A DNA stretch of 64,000 bases from an uncultured Planctomycetota bacterium (GCA_963823665.1 CAWGMQ010000011.1:992001-1056000); one strand, 5' to 3'. Positions 33,277 to 44,199 are shown, counted from the first letter of the stretch. Notes: generated by a model from the sequence alone, not told the origin. Program-made: numbers and translations.

Positions 33277-35274
33277 ATGAAAGCAGCATCGATCGCGAGC
33301 GTGACGGCCTTCCTGGTGGTGTCGGGCTGGGCCCAGACGGTTTGCAAAGCGCAGACGATCGTCGATTCGGATTTTTCGAAGGGGGCCTTCGCGGCCCTGG
33401 GCTGGAGGGTGAAGGGAGACTGGGACGTATTCCTTTACCCCAAGGAATCGGCCAACAACCCGGGCGCGGTGGCTCGTTTTACGGCGAACAAGCCCGACGG
33501 CTCGCTCACAAAAACCTTTGCCGAGATCAGGAATCCCAGGAAGCTGGCACTTTCCCTCGATTACGGCTGGGGGTGGGGCGATGCGACCCAAGGCTCCGAC
33601 TCGGTCTCGTTCATGCTCGTTGACTCCGGCGGCAACGGTTATGTCTTCGAAGTCCACCGCTGCAAGGCAACGTGGGCCGTGCAGTGGGGCAAGGTTGTAA
33701 GCGGAGTTCCCGCCAAGGACAAGACCTGGGCGCCCGAGGAAATTGACGCGGGCCACCCATCCGTTCGCGACGGCGGCGGTTTGAGCCGCCTCATCATCAC
33801 GAGAGAATCCGATGCGGCGTGGACGATCACGGGGAAGGACTGGAACAAAGGCGCCGGCGCGACCGTCCGGTTCACCGATGCGACCACAAGCACCTTCAGC
33901 CAGTTGGTCCTGCTGGGGACCCGCAACTTCGATGAACAGGTCTTCAACAAGGTTAATCTGACCTGTAGCGGAGGCAAGCCCGTCGCCGTGACCGCCGTGC
34001 CGGCGATCGATTTTTTGAACAGCATCGGCGTTGTCTCCACGTTCCCGGATCGCGGACAACCTGTGCCGAAAACGGTCGCGATGGTGAAGTACGCGGGGTT
34101 TCGCTGGGTCCGGGGCGGCATCGAGGGTCTGACCGCCGATGGCCCGACGACCGTCCAAACCTATCTTGACCTGCACCGGCAAACCGGCGTCCGGTTCAGT
34201 TGGGGACTGGTCAGCGGCGGCACCGATCTCAAGAAGCTCGTCGAATCCGCCCGGCGGCTGGCCGCGGCCGACGCCCTGCTGGCCTTCGAAGGGAATAACG
34301 AGCCGAACAACTGGGGAGTGACCTATCAGGGCGAAGCCGGCGGCGGCCGAGCGCCGTCGTGGCTGGCGGTCGCGAAGCTGCAACGCGACCTGTACAGCGC
34401 GGTCAAGAACGATCCGGTGCTGAAGAAATACCCCGTCTGGTCGATCAGCGAAGGCGGCGCGCAAGCAGACAACGTCGGATTGCAGTTCCTGACGATCCCC
34501 CCAGGCGCCGGGACTTCCCTTCCGGACGGAACACGATACGCCGACTATGCGAACGTTCATAATTACATTTATCATCCGAACTCACCGCGTGTGGAAGACA
34601 ACAAGACATGGAATGCCGCCGATCCGACTTCGGCGTGCCGGATCGACGGCCTCTACGGCAACTATGGCCTCACCTGGGCGAAACACTTTCGCGGCTATTC
34701 GGAGACCGAGCTTTTGAGTTTGCCGCGGGTGACGACCGAAACGGGCTGCACGATTGACGGACCGGTCACGGAAGAGATCCAGGCGCTCAATCTGGTGAGC
34801 ATGTATCTGGACCAGTTCAAGCGGGGCTGGAGTCACACGGCGGTCTACCTGCTGCGCGATCGCGCCGACGAAGGCGGTAATCAGACGTTTGGGCTTTTCA
34901 AGTCCGACTATACACCGAGAAAGGCCGCCAGGTATCTGCACAATATGACGACGATCCTGGCCGACAGGGGCAGGATCGAGAAGCCCGGCCAACTGAATTA
35001 CGCGATCGCGGAGCAGCCGGCGACGATGCACGAGATGCTGCTCCAAAAGAGTGACGGCACGTTTGAGCTGGTGGTTTGGGGTGAACGGGTGAAGGGCGCG
35101 GACCGCGTGACCGTGCAGCTAGGTGGTACTCAACGAGAGGTGAAAGTTTACGATCCGACGATCGGCGCCGCACCGATCAAGACCCATCGCAACATCAATT
35201 CACTCGCTTTGACGATGAGCGACCATCCCTTCATGATCGAGATTCCGGGGAGCGCCGACGACGCGAGGCCGTGA
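33277..35274 (+). CDS. Secreted glycoside hydrolase (clan GH-A-like TIM barrel) with N-terminal beta domain
   Basis: Signal peptide; FEGNNEPNN (acid/base), NVHNY, TTETG (nucleophile). Confidence 0.78.
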   Translation: MKAASIASVTAFLVVSGWAQTVCKAQTIVDSDFSKGAFAALGWRVKGDWDVFLYPKESANNPGAVARFTANKPDGSLTKTFAEIRNPRKLALSLDYGWGWGDATQGSDSVSFMLVDSGGNGYVFEVHRCKATWAVQWGKVVSGVPAKDKTWAPEEIDAGHPSVRDGGGLSRLIITRESDAAWTITGKDWNKGAGATVRFTDATTSTFSQLVLLGTRNFDEQVFNKVNLTCSGGKPVAVTAVPAIDFLNSIGVVSTFPDRGQPVPKTVAMVKYAGFRWVRGGIEGLTADGPTTVQTYLDLHRQTGVRFSWGLVSGGTDLKKLVESARRLAAADALLAFEGNNEPNNWGVTYQGEAGGGRAPSWLAVAKLQRDLYSAVKNDPVLKKYPVWSISEGGAQADNVGLQFLTIPPGAGTSLPDGTRYADYANVHNYIYHPNSPRVEDNKTWNAADPTSACRIDGLYGNYGLTWAKHFRGYSETELLSLPRVTTETGCTIDGPVTEEIQALNLVSMYLDQFKRGWSHTAVYLLRDRADEGGNQTFGLFKSDYTPRKAARYLHNMTTILADRGRIEKPGQLNYAIAEQPATMHEMLLQKSDGTFELVVWGERVKGADRVTVQLGGTQREVKVYDPTIGAAPIKTHRNINSLALTMSDHPFMIEIPGSADDARP

Positions 35275-35507
35275 TCGGAAGGGGGAATATTGGTTTCTGA
35301 CACATTTTCCGGGGGGCGGAAATGATTATGCAGCAGGCATTTTGGCATCCACGCCCCGCGTCTCGATCCTTGCCCGCGTCTCGATCCTGTCAACTTGCGA
35401 TGGACGTTGCGAGCCCTTTCGAAGGATTTTCAAGAAACCAGGACACACGATGACTCCCCATGGCATTACTCTCATGAGTGAGGCGGCGGTGACGCACGGG
35501 AGTTGAC

Positions 35508-36899
35508 ATGGCGAACAGTTACCGAAATTTCGCGAGTCGACAGCTCGAGACCCTCTTCAACAAGGGGACGGTCGTTGGACTGACTGATGCGCAACTGCTC
35601 GAGCGGTTCACCTTTCGTCGGGACGAGGCGGCCGAGCTGGCGTTCGAGGCGCTGGTTCATCGCCATGGACCGATGGTATTCCGGGTCTGCCGGGCAGTCC
35701 TTCGCGACTCCCATGATGCGCACGACGCGTTCCAGGCGACGTTCATGATCCTGGTCAAGAAGGCCCGGGGACTGTGGGTGCGCGATTCTCTGGGTCCCTG
35801 GCTCCATCGAGTCGCGTACCGCACCGCGTGCCGCGCGCGGTCGACAGTAGCCCGGCGACGGACGTACGAGCGACTCACAACCGCGGCTTCGGCCGAGTCG
35901 GCCGGCGAGGCGGTCATGGATGACCTCGGAGAAGTGCTCCACGAAGAGCTGGGCCGCTTGCCGGAGCGATACCGCGAGGCGGTCGTGCTCTGCTTGCTTG
36001 AGGGCCTCAGCCCGGAGCAGGCGGCTCGGCGCCTGGGATGTCCGGTCGGCACGCTCCATAGCCGGCTGGCGCGCGGGCGAGAGCGGTTGCGGGACCGTCT
36101 CACGCGCAGGGGGCTGGCTCCCCTGGTCGGAATGATCGGGACGGCGCTCTCCGGGGATGTCGCCTTGGCGGTTATGCGGGCGTCACTGGCCGATGCCACG
36201 GTCCAGTCGGCGATCGGATTCGCGGCAGGCAGAATGTCGATGGCAGAAAGAATCTCGGCTTCGGTTTGCGAGCTGACAAAAGGAGAATTGAAGATGATGC
36301 GTTTCGCCGAACTGAAAACCGCGACGTCCGTGGTCGCGGCCCTCAGCCTCGTTTTCGCGGCAAGCGTTCTGGCGCAATATCAGCCGGCCGACTCACCCGG
36401 GGGCGTCCTCACACCAAACCGGACGTTGCTCCGGTCGCAGTTGTCATCGGCGGTCGCCGAGCCCGGAGGGGACGTCGACAAGGAGCTGCGGAGACTTGAG
36501 CGGGAGTGGGCGACCGGGATCGCGAATCGCGACCGCGCCGCGGTCGACCGCATCCTCGCCGACGACATCATCGTCACCGACCCCGTCGGGCGCACCTGGG
36601 ACAAGGCGAGATATCTCGCCGAGCTGGGGACCAGTGCCTGGGGCATCGACTCCTACGAGCTGCGGGATATCTCGATCCGCGTCTATGCCCGAGCGGCCGT
36701 TGTGGTTGGGCAGGCCATGGTGAAGACGAATGCGAGCAACCCGAGCGGAACCGGTCCCTACCGCGTGACCAAGACCTACATCCTGCAAGAAGGCCGCTGG
36801 CGCTGCGTCGCCTCGCACAATTCCTCCCTCTCCGACCAGCCGGCCGGCCAGCCCATCTTTCAGGATGTCCCGTTCCGTCCCTTGCCCCCGAACCCATGA
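35508..36899 (+). CDS. ECF sigma factor with TM linker and C-terminal DUF4440/NTF2-like domain
   Basis: AFEALVHRHGPMV, DAFQATF, LGCPVGTLHSRLARGR; C-terminal LEREW...ILADD...WRCVASH. Confidence 0.9.
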   Translation: MANSYRNFASRQLETLFNKGTVVGLTDAQLLERFTFRRDEAAELAFEALVHRHGPMVFRVCRAVLRDSHDAHDAFQATFMILVKKARGLWVRDSLGPWLHRVAYRTACRARSTVARRRTYERLTTAASAESAGEAVMDDLGEVLHEELGRLPERYREAVVLCLLEGLSPEQAARRLGCPVGTLHSRLARGRERLRDRLTRRGLAPLVGMIGTALSGDVALAVMRASLADATVQSAIGFAAGRMSMAERISASVCELTKGELKMMRFAELKTATSVVAALSLVFAASVLAQYQPADSPGGVLTPNRTLLRSQLSSAVAEPGGDVDKELRRLEREWATGIANRDRAAVDRILADDIIVTDPVGRTWDKARYLAELGTSAWGIDSYELRDISIRVYARAAVVVGQAMVKTNASNPSGTGPYRVTKTYILQEGRWRCVASHNSSLSDQPAGQPIFQDVPFRPLPPNP

Positions 36900-37296
36900 T
36901 CAGCGTCAATTTCTTCCCCGGGCCGATGCAGCCGATCGTCGCCTCGGCCGCCCGATCGACGATCACGACGGCCTCCTTGCGGGTCCTGAGATCCCGCGCT
37001 CTGCCGGGTATTCGCTTCGCTGAAGTCCGGGCGAGGGAGCGCATGGCTCAAGTCCTCGGGCCAGTGGACTTCGTCCCCTGCGGGGGAGCCAAGGGGCGGA
37101 GGCAACGGGCCCGCGGCTAGTGATTCATCCCAATCAGATCCTCACGCGAGCGGCGTAGATGCTCTCGCGGCGGTCATCCGAGACCAGGACGAACGCGAAG
37201 AATCCGGCGCGCGGCAGGTCGAGCCCGAGGGCGTGGAGGCACGCTTGGCAATCCCGACCGGCCATGCTAAGCTGGAAGTCAAAGTAACATCTGTAT

Positions 37297-37443
37297 ATGT
37301 ATATTCATTTACCAGAATTCTTGCAAGCCGACATCCTGGCCGCCGTCCATAGCGGTCGCTATGCCTCGCTCGACGATGCTATGGTCGACGCCGCCTTCCT
37401 GGCGATATCCTATTCCTCGTCCAGTGCTTCCGGTTCGATGTGA
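37297..37443 (+). pseudogene. Truncated ribbon-helix-helix/ParD-like antitoxin fragment
   Basis: MYIHLPEFLQADILAAVHSGRYASLDDAMVDAA, then runs into the convergent gene. Confidence 0.5.
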
Positions 37444-37784
37444 ACCCGCAGTTCCAGGTCTTGCCCAAACTCTTTCCAACTGATCTCGAAGACGGCTCTA
37501 CTCTGGCTGAAATGGAAGTTCTCCAACGTCACATTCTTGACCAGCTCAGTGAAATCGAACTCAGCCAGCTCGTACAGGATGTCAACTTCTACCTGCTCGT
37601 GACCGTTGCCCTCACTGGGCACTGGTTCGTCAACGCTTTTCGGCCAGACCTCCAGAACATGGCACTCGCAGTTCTCGTCATAGAAATAGGCAGTCTCCGC
37701 CCCGTTAACGAACCAACATCCAGAGACCGGGCAGGGAATCAGGGCCATTATTTCCTCAAGACGCAGCCGGATTTGTTCGCTCAT
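37410..37784 (-). CDS. Acidic hypothetical protein
   Basis: GGAGGA RBS before MSEQIRL; protein-like composition. Confidence 0.68.
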   Translation of the reverse strand: MSEQIRLRLEEIMALIPCPVSGCWFVNGAETAYFYDENCECHVLEVWPKSVDEPVPSEGNGHEQVEVDILYELAEFDFTELVKNVTLENFHFSQSRAVFEISWKEFGQDLELRVHIEPEALDEE

Positions 37785-38025
37785 CGGGTGTTCCTCCGGG
37801 AACAGTCGAGCCCGTGCAGCGCCTGCCAGCTTATCGCCGGGTCCGAATCGAGCAGCCAATTGATGGGATCCATGGTGCGAGATTACCAACTTTGCTCGAT
37901 CTGAGCATGGAGATTTGCCTGGTGCGCGCGGGGCGATTAGGATCGTCCGTAAAGGCGCTGGGAGCGACCGGCGGGGAAAACCACGATAAACTGGCGACCG
38001 TCACCCCAATATCGGTCGGATTTCG

Positions 38026-39339
38026 TTGATCACACGAACACACGCGGAATCTGGTTCAGCGAGCGACGTCGTGGCTCTGGCGCGCGCGGTTCTCGAACGC
38101 TGCGATCGAGCGGCCTCGTTCACCGAGGAACCGGGCCGGATCACGCGCCCGTTCCTGTGCGACGCCATGCGCGGGCTGCACGAGGAAGTGACCCGGTGGA
38201 TGAGCGCTGCGGGGATGGACGTTCATCTCGATGCAGCGGGGAACCTGATCGGACACTACGAGGGGACAAGTGCGAACCTGCCCGTGCACATCATCGGCTC
38301 ACATCTCGACAGCGTACCGGATGCGGGGAAATATGATGGCGTCCTCGGGGTGCTTGTGGGCATCGCGGCCGTGCAGGCGCTGGAGGGATCCAGGTTGCCG
38401 TTCGGCATCGACGTGATCGCCTTCAGCGAGGAGGAAGGGGTGCGCTACCGCGCTCCGTTTCTGGGCAGCCGGGCGGTTGCCGGCCAGTTCGACCCAGGGC
38501 TACTGGATCGATGCGACCGGCAGGGCGTGCCCATGCGCGAGGCGTTTCGCTCATTCGGGCTTGATCCGGAGCGGATCGGTGAGGCGGCTTATCCTGCCGC
38601 ACGCATACACGGTTATACGGAAGTGCATATTGAACAGGGGCCCGTGCTCGAGAGTCTGGACGCGCCACTGGGGGTGGTCGAGGGAATCACCGGCCAGAGC
38701 AGGCTGTGTGCCACGCTTCGCGGACGCGCGGGGCACGCCGGCACGTTGCCGATGCGTGGGCGGCGGGATGCACTGGCGGCGGCGGCGGAGCTCGTGCTCG
38801 AAGTCGAGCGGGTGGCGCTCGAGCGGCCCGGGCTTCGAGCCACCGTGGGCAGCCTCTCGGTGCTGCCCGGGGCAGTCAATGTCGTGCCGGGTGAGGTAAA
38901 ACTTTGCGTCGATGTGCGGCACCTGAATGACGAATCACGGATGGCAGCGGTGGACGAGATTCGTCGACGTGCGGCGGCGCTTTGCGATGCCAGGGGAGTT
39001 GCGTTCGGCATCGAGGAAGAGGAGCATCATCCGGCGGTTCCGGCTGATTCCCGTCTGCGTGCCGTGCTCGAGGACGCGGTCACGGCTACCGGCCAAGCAT
39101 GTCACTGCTTGAGCAGTGGTGCGGGGCATGATGCCGGGGTGATGGCAACCGTCGCGCCGATGGCGATGCTGTTCGTCAGGAGCCCGGGAGGCGTCAGCCA
39201 CAGCCCCGAGGAGAGAGTGCTCGCACAGGACGTGAAGGCGGCGCTCGACGTTGTCGTGCGGTACCTCACGCTGCTGGCCGAGCGCGACGGCGGGGCGAAT
39301 GAGCGTCACGCATGCAAGGAATCCATGGGAGCTACATGA
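38026..39339 (+). CDS. allC: Allantoate amidohydrolase (M20)
   Basis: GSHLDSV, GKYDG, EEEG, EVHIEQG, GHAGT, SGAGHDA, SHSPEE; operon context. Confidence 0.88.
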   Translation: MITRTHAESGSASDVVALARAVLERCDRAASFTEEPGRITRPFLCDAMRGLHEEVTRWMSAAGMDVHLDAAGNLIGHYEGTSANLPVHIIGSHLDSVPDAGKYDGVLGVLVGIAAVQALEGSRLPFGIDVIAFSEEEGVRYRAPFLGSRAVAGQFDPGLLDRCDRQGVPMREAFRSFGLDPERIGEAAYPAARIHGYTEVHIEQGPVLESLDAPLGVVEGITGQSRLCATLRGRAGHAGTLPMRGRRDALAAAAELVLEVERVALERPGLRATVGSLSVLPGAVNVVPGEVKLCVDVRHLNDESRMAAVDEIRRRAAALCDARGVAFGIEEEEHHPAVPADSRLRAVLEDAVTATGQACHCLSSGAGHDAGVMATVAPMAMLFVRSPGGVSHSPEERVLAQDVKAALDVVVRYLTLLAERDGGANERHACKESMGAT

Positions 39340-40092
39340 ATGGAATTGTTCGGCACGACGCGCAGTCAATTGCGGCGCAGCCACGCGGTGTTCGCCCCCG
39401 AGAGCTTCGTCCGCAGCGATCTTCCCGGATGGGAGCGCACCCAGGGCGTGATCCTGATCTCGCCACGGATCGGCGCCCGGTTCGTTCAGTACCTCGCGCT
39501 CATGGAGCCGGGCGGCAGGGCGGGAATGCCGCCCGAGGGTGTGGAGCGGGTGCTGTTTGTGATCGAAGGGCGAGTCTCGCTTGGACTTCCCGGCTCGCAA
39601 GGATGCGTTCTCGAAGCCGGCGGATTTGCGTACTGCCCGCCTCAGGCTGGTGCGACGGTTGAAGCGATCGATCCCAGCCGCGTGAACATTTTCGAGAAGC
39701 GGTATCTGCCCCGCGCTGGGATACCCGTGCCCGAGCCCATCGCCGGCAATGAGAGTGAGGTTGCCGGTGCGCCGTTCCTGGGCGATCCCGACGCGATGCT
39801 CAAAGTGCTTCTGCCGGTGGACGCACGATTCGATCTGGCGGTCAACGTGTTCACGTTTCAGCCGGGGGCAGCTTTGCCGCTGGTCGAGATGCACGTGATG
39901 GAGCACGGGCTCTTGATGCTTGCGGGCCAGGGCGTTTACCGGCTTGACGAGGAGTGGTACACGGTGCGTGAAGGAGACGCGATCTGGATGGCTCCGTTCT
40001 GTCCCCAGTGGTTTGTGGCGATGGGCAAGACGCCGGCGGCTTATCTGTATTACAAGGATGTAAACCGCGATCCAATGGAGGAACACGGGTGA
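39340..40092 (+). CDS. allE: (S)-ureidoglycine aminohydrolase (bicupin)
   Basis: VEMHVMEHGL, WMAPFCPQW, YLYYKDVNR. Confidence 0.93.
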   Translation: MELFGTTRSQLRRSHAVFAPESFVRSDLPGWERTQGVILISPRIGARFVQYLALMEPGGRAGMPPEGVERVLFVIEGRVSLGLPGSQGCVLEAGGFAYCPPQAGATVEAIDPSRVNIFEKRYLPRAGIPVPEPIAGNESEVAGAPFLGDPDAMLKVLLPVDARFDLAVNVFTFQPGAALPLVEMHVMEHGLLMLAGQGVYRLDEEWYTVREGDAIWMAPFCPQWFVAMGKTPAAYLYYKDVNRDPMEEHG

Positions 40093-41399
40093 GCGGCTTG
40101 CGACTGGATGTGGACATCGACCGGGTGATGAACGAGCTCGGCGAGCTCGCGGCCCACAGCGATGCACCGGCTCCGGCGGTCACGCGGGTCGTCTATTCCG
40201 GCGTCGATCAGGCCGCGCGCGCCCTGGTCAAGAACCTCTGCCGGGAAGCGGGGCTTTCGGTTCGGGAAGATGCGATTGGAAACACGTTTGCCAGGTGGGA
40301 GGGGGAGCGGGCCGACCTGGCCGCGGTGGCGACCGGGTCGCACATTGACGCGATCCCGCACTCGGGCCGGTTTGACGGCACGGTGGGGTTTCTGGGCGCG
40401 ATCGAGGCGGTGCGCGCGCTTGGCCGTGCGGGCTTCCGGCCCGTGCGGCCGATCGAGATCGTTTTATTCACAAGCGAAGAACCGACGAGGTTCGGCATCG
40501 GCTGCCTGGGCAGCCGGGGAATGTGTGGAAGCCTTTCGGCCGATGCACTGGCGGCGCTCCGGGATTCTGACGGCAACACGCTCGAGGCTTTGCGGAGGGC
40601 AGCGGGTTTTGAGGGCGAGCTGGCGGACGTGCGGCTATCCGAGAATCGGTTCGCGGCGTTCGTCGAGCTCCATATCGAACAGGGGCCGTTGCTCGAACGT
40701 GGTGGAATTCCGATCGGGATTGTGACGGCGATCGCCGCGCCGGCGGCGCTCCGGGTGACGTGGGAGGGAGAGGGAGGGCACGCCGGCGCCGTGCTGATGC
40801 CTGGGCGCAGGGATGCGCTCTGCGCGGCGGCCGAGGCTGTCCTCGAGGTGGAACGAGCAGCACGTTCGGATGGCAGCCCCGACACCGTGGCAACGACGGG
40901 GGTGTGCCGGGTGCACCCTGGTGCGATCAACAGCATTCCCGAGCGAGTGATTCTTGAGATCGACATCCGGGACATCGACCTGGAGCCAAGGGACCGCGTG
41001 ATCGGCGCAATCGGGCGAGCGGTAGGCGAGATCGCCGCGCGGCGGGGCGTGGCCGCGATCGTCGAATGCTTGAATTCAGACCCTCCCGCGCGCTCGTCGG
41101 AAGACATCGTTGCGGCGATCAGGGCAGCATGCGAGGACGAGGGGATCTCGAGCATGCCCATGATCAGTCGAGCCTATCATGATTCGTTGTTCATGGCGCG
41201 GGTTGCACCGACAGGGATGATCTTCATTCCGTGCAAGGGAGGGATCAGCCACAGACCGGATGAATCGGCAACACCGCTCGACATCGGCCGCGGTGTGGCC
41301 GTGCTGGCGAGGACGCTGGCGCGGTTGTCAAGCGTGGCCGGTTCCACTCAGGAGATTGGTGATCAAGTGCGCGACACCGTGCCGGTGATGGAGCCGTAG
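40089..41399 (+). CDS. M20 Zn/Mn hydrolase, ureidoglycolate amidohydrolase-like
   Basis: TGSHIDAIP, FTSEEPTRFG, ELHIEQG, GGHAGAVLM, SRAYHDSLFM, SHRPDE. Confidence 0.85.
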   Translation: MSGLRLDVDIDRVMNELGELAAHSDAPAPAVTRVVYSGVDQAARALVKNLCREAGLSVREDAIGNTFARWEGERADLAAVATGSHIDAIPHSGRFDGTVGFLGAIEAVRALGRAGFRPVRPIEIVLFTSEEPTRFGIGCLGSRGMCGSLSADALAALRDSDGNTLEALRRAAGFEGELADVRLSENRFAAFVELHIEQGPLLERGGIPIGIVTAIAAPAALRVTWEGEGGHAGAVLMPGRRDALCAAAEAVLEVERAARSDGSPDTVATTGVCRVHPGAINSIPERVILEIDIRDIDLEPRDRVIGAIGRAVGEIAARRGVAAIVECLNSDPPARSSEDIVAAIRAACEDEGISSMPMISRAYHDSLFMARVAPTGMIFIPCKGGISHRPDESATPLDIGRGVAVLARTLARLSSVAGSTQEIGDQVRDTVPVMEP

Positions 41400-42208
41400 G
41401 GCTCGTCGGTTGCGACGAAGATTTCGTTTGCGTTATCGAGGCCGAATGGTTTCAAATCGGCGAGGATGCGATGCTTGTTGGGCATGGTGAGCGTGATCTT
41501 CTGGACCTCCGGCGCGCCCGCCAGGACCGTTTCACCCATTTTGTACAGAGTTTGCTGGACGGAGAGGCTGTCGTGGAGAGCGAACACCTCGAGCAAGGAC
41601 TGGCGGATGCACGCGTGCGATTCGTTCCAATTCACAAGCTGATCTTGGTAGAGCCAGGTGGCGTCGAGCATCGTGGCAAGGATGCGGTCAGGGGCATCTT
41701 TGAGAGTAGTGTAGCGGTCCGTGAGGAAGCCGCAGAAGGCCGAGCCGGTCGACTTGAGCAAGAACAGGTCTTCGAGCCCCGCCTCGAAGCGGAGGCTGCC
41801 GCGGGTGTGAGTAATCGTGGTGGAGCGGCGCTCGGAGCTGGTGCCAGTGAAGGCGTGGGGATGCTCGCGGCCATCGACGCGAATGCGGTCCAGCGGCCGC
41901 TCCGTGATCCGCACGCGGGCTGCCGAGACGTGGGCGTGATGATCGAGAAAGAAGCCGGCGATCGCGGCGCCGAATTCCTCGATCGCTTCAAGCGGATGCT
42001 GTTTCGCGAGGGCGAACGCGACGTTTTTCATCGTGTCGGTGGGGATGATCAGCCGGTTGTCGCCGTGGGTGTACGACGGCTCGAAGGCGCCTTGAAGCGA
42101 GATATCGATCGAGAGCTCGCGGACCTCGTGGCGATCGGCACCGCGAGTGACTTTTGTCAGTCGGATGTGCGACTTGCCGTACGAGTGATCAGTAAGAAAC
42201 GCGGTCAC
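41363..42208 (-). CDS. pucL: Factor-independent urate hydroxylase (uricase)
   Basis: YGK, PTDTMKN, LKSTGSAF, SLSVQQTLY, MPNKH, PYGSI. Confidence 0.93.
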   Translation of the reverse strand: MTAFLTDHSYGKSHIRLTKVTRGADRHEVRELSIDISLQGAFEPSYTHGDNRLIIPTDTMKNVAFALAKQHPLEAIEEFGAAIAGFFLDHHAHVSAARVRITERPLDRIRVDGREHPHAFTGTSSERRSTTITHTRGSLRFEAGLEDLFLLKSTGSAFCGFLTDRYTTLKDAPDRILATMLDATWLYQDQLVNWNESHACIRQSLLEVFALHDSLSVQQTLYKMGETVLAGAPEVQKITLTMPNKHRILADLKPFGLDNANEIFVATDEPYGSITGTVSRT

Positions 42209-42340
42209 GGTCGGACTGCTCCTCTCTCGGTGACTGACTCGTGGCGGGAAGAAGAGATCTTAACGCCGCCGGAACGGGGACGGGAGTGCCATGCGTGAAC
42301 GCGCACGCCGCAATGGGAACTCGGCCCAAAGCGAGTCGAT

Positions 42341-43699
42341 GTGGGCGCGAGGAGCAATCGCATCGTTTGTCGAGGAGAGGTGTTCGACGGCGCGGTGCTG
42401 GTTTCAGGCGAGAAAATTGCCGGGGTGGTCGGACCAGGCGATATTCCGTCATCGTGTCCTTTAGAAGACGTGGGAGACCGAGTGGTGTTGCCGGGTTTGG
42501 TGGACGCTCACGTGCACATTAACGAACCAGGCCGTACCGAGTGGGAAGGGTTCGAGACAGCGACGCGTGCCGCTGCCGCGGGAGGAATCACCTCGCTTTT
42601 TGACATGCCGCTGAACTGCTCGCCGGTGACCACGACCGCGGAGGCCCTGGCGCAGAAGCTCGAGGCTTCACGCGACAAGCTTCGAGTGGATTGTGGATTT
42701 TATGGGGGAATCGTGCCCGGAGTGCGGGGGCAGATCGGGCCGCTTTCACGTCTGGGGGTGGCGGGTTTCAAAGCGTTTCTTTGTCCCTCCGGGATCGACG
42801 AGTTCCCGAACGCAAGTGAAGCTGATCTGCGGGAAGCGATGCCCGAGCTAGCGCGGGCTGGGCTGCCGCTCCTGGTGCACGCGGAATTGATGGGGACGGC
42901 ACAGCCGGTCGAAGAAGTGACCGGGATGGACGCGCGGAGCTATGCCCGGTATCTCGACTCGCGGCCGCGGGAGTGGGAGCACGAGGCGATTCGCCTCATG
43001 ATCGAGCTTTGCCGGGAAACGGGCTGCCGCGTGCATATTGTGCATCTCTCGTCGGCCGATGCGGTGCCGATGATCGCGAGTGCGCGTGCAGAAGGCTTGC
43101 CCATCTTTGTCGAGACCTGCCCGCATTATCTTTTCTTCACCGCCGAAGAGATTCCAGACGGCGACCCTCTCTACAAGTGCGCACCTCCGATCCGGGAGCG
43201 GGAGAACCGGGAGCGGTTGTGGAAAGCCTTGCAGGATGGCGTGATCGATACGATCGGCACAGATCACTCGCCGGCGCCAGCAGCGCTCAAGCAGCTCGTG
43301 AGCGGCGATCTGATGCGTGCCTGGGGGGGAATCGCGTCGCTGCAGGTTGCCCTCGCGGCGGTGTGGACCGAGGCGCGGCGGCGGGGGATCTCGATCACGG
43401 CGGTTGCCGAGTGGATGGCGCGCCGCCCGGCCGAGCTGCTCGGCTTTTCGGCGTCAAAAGGCGAGATTGCCGCGGGCCGGGATGCCGACCTGGTCGTCTT
43501 CGATCCGGATGCAAGTTTCACGGTGCAAGCGACTGCGCTCCATGATCGTCATCGCCTGACGCCATATGAAGAACGGCAGCTCACAGGGCAGGTGGAGACG
43601 ACGTATTTACGAGGGGAACGGGTGTTTCGTTGCGGGTCGATTGCGATGCCCGTCCGCGGCAAAGCACTGGTGCGGCCGGGAAGAGCGGAGGGTAGATGA
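42341..43699 (+). CDS. allB: Allantoinase
   Basis: DAHVHINEPGRTEWEGF, DMPLN, HAE, HIVHLS, ETCPHY, KCAPP, TDHSP; start approximate. Confidence 0.93.
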   Translation: MGARSNRIVCRGEVFDGAVLVSGEKIAGVVGPGDIPSSCPLEDVGDRVVLPGLVDAHVHINEPGRTEWEGFETATRAAAAGGITSLFDMPLNCSPVTTTAEALAQKLEASRDKLRVDCGFYGGIVPGVRGQIGPLSRLGVAGFKAFLCPSGIDEFPNASEADLREAMPELARAGLPLLVHAELMGTAQPVEEVTGMDARSYARYLDSRPREWEHEAIRLMIELCRETGCRVHIVHLSSADAVPMIASARAEGLPIFVETCPHYLFFTAEEIPDGDPLYKCAPPIRERENRERLWKALQDGVIDTIGTDHSPAPAALKQLVSGDLMRAWGGIASLQVALAAVWTEARRRGISITAVAEWMARRPAELLGFSASKGEIAAGRDADLVVFDPDASFTVQATALHDRHRLTPYEERQLTGQVETTYLRGERVFRCGSIAMPVRGKALVRPGRAEGR

Positions 43700-44199
43700 A
43701 CCTCGCGGCGATCAACGATTGGGCTGAAGTGGAGGCGAGCGAAACGTTTCGCGGCTGTTGCGGATCGACTCGCTGGTCTCGCGAGATGGAGTCGATGCGT
43801 CCATTTGATTCGGAAGCGGCGGTGCTCGAAGCGGCCGAGCGAGTCTGGTGGGCACTCGAGGCTAGCGACTGGCTCGAGGCATTTGCCGCCCACCCCAAGA
43901 TCGGCGCCCGCGGCGGGGCGCGGGCGGAGCACGCCGCCACGGCGGCTTGGTCGAAGGCGGAGCAGTCGGGTACGGAGCGCGCGACCGGGGATTTGCTCGA
44001 GAAGCTTGCTTCCATGAACGCCCGGTATGAGGCAACATTCGGCTACATTTTCATCATTTGTGCGACGGGGAAATCAGCCGAGGAAATGCTAGCGGCGATT
44101 GAGAGCCGGCTGCTTCATTCGCCGGATATCGAGATTCGGTGCGCGGCTGCCGAGCAGGCCAAGATCACGAGACTTCGTCTGGAGAAAATCGCGCCATGA
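43696..44199 (+). CDS. uraD: OHCU decarboxylase
   Basis: CCGS, AHPKIG, EQSG, YEATFGYIFIICATG, EQAKITRLRL. Confidence 0.93.
   Translation: MNLAAINDWAEVEASETFRGCCGSTRWSREMESMRPFDSEAAVLEAAERVWWALEASDWLEAFAAHPKIGARGGARAEHAATAAWSKAEQSGTERATGDLLEKLASMNARYEATFGYIFIICATGKSAEEMLAAIESRLLHSPDIEIRCAAAEQAKITRLRLEKIAP

Noticed and set aside
32791..34575. 594-aa minus-strand ORF (likewise 19205-20596, 29393-30478, 4692-5645)
   Set aside because: Antisense shadows of well-supported genes in GC-rich DNA
35356..35388. Short tandem CCCGCGTCTCGATCCT duplication
   Set aside because: Two copies only; likely slippage or assembly artefact
36900..37265. Short minus-strand protein-like fragments
   Set aside because: Could not be assigned to any family
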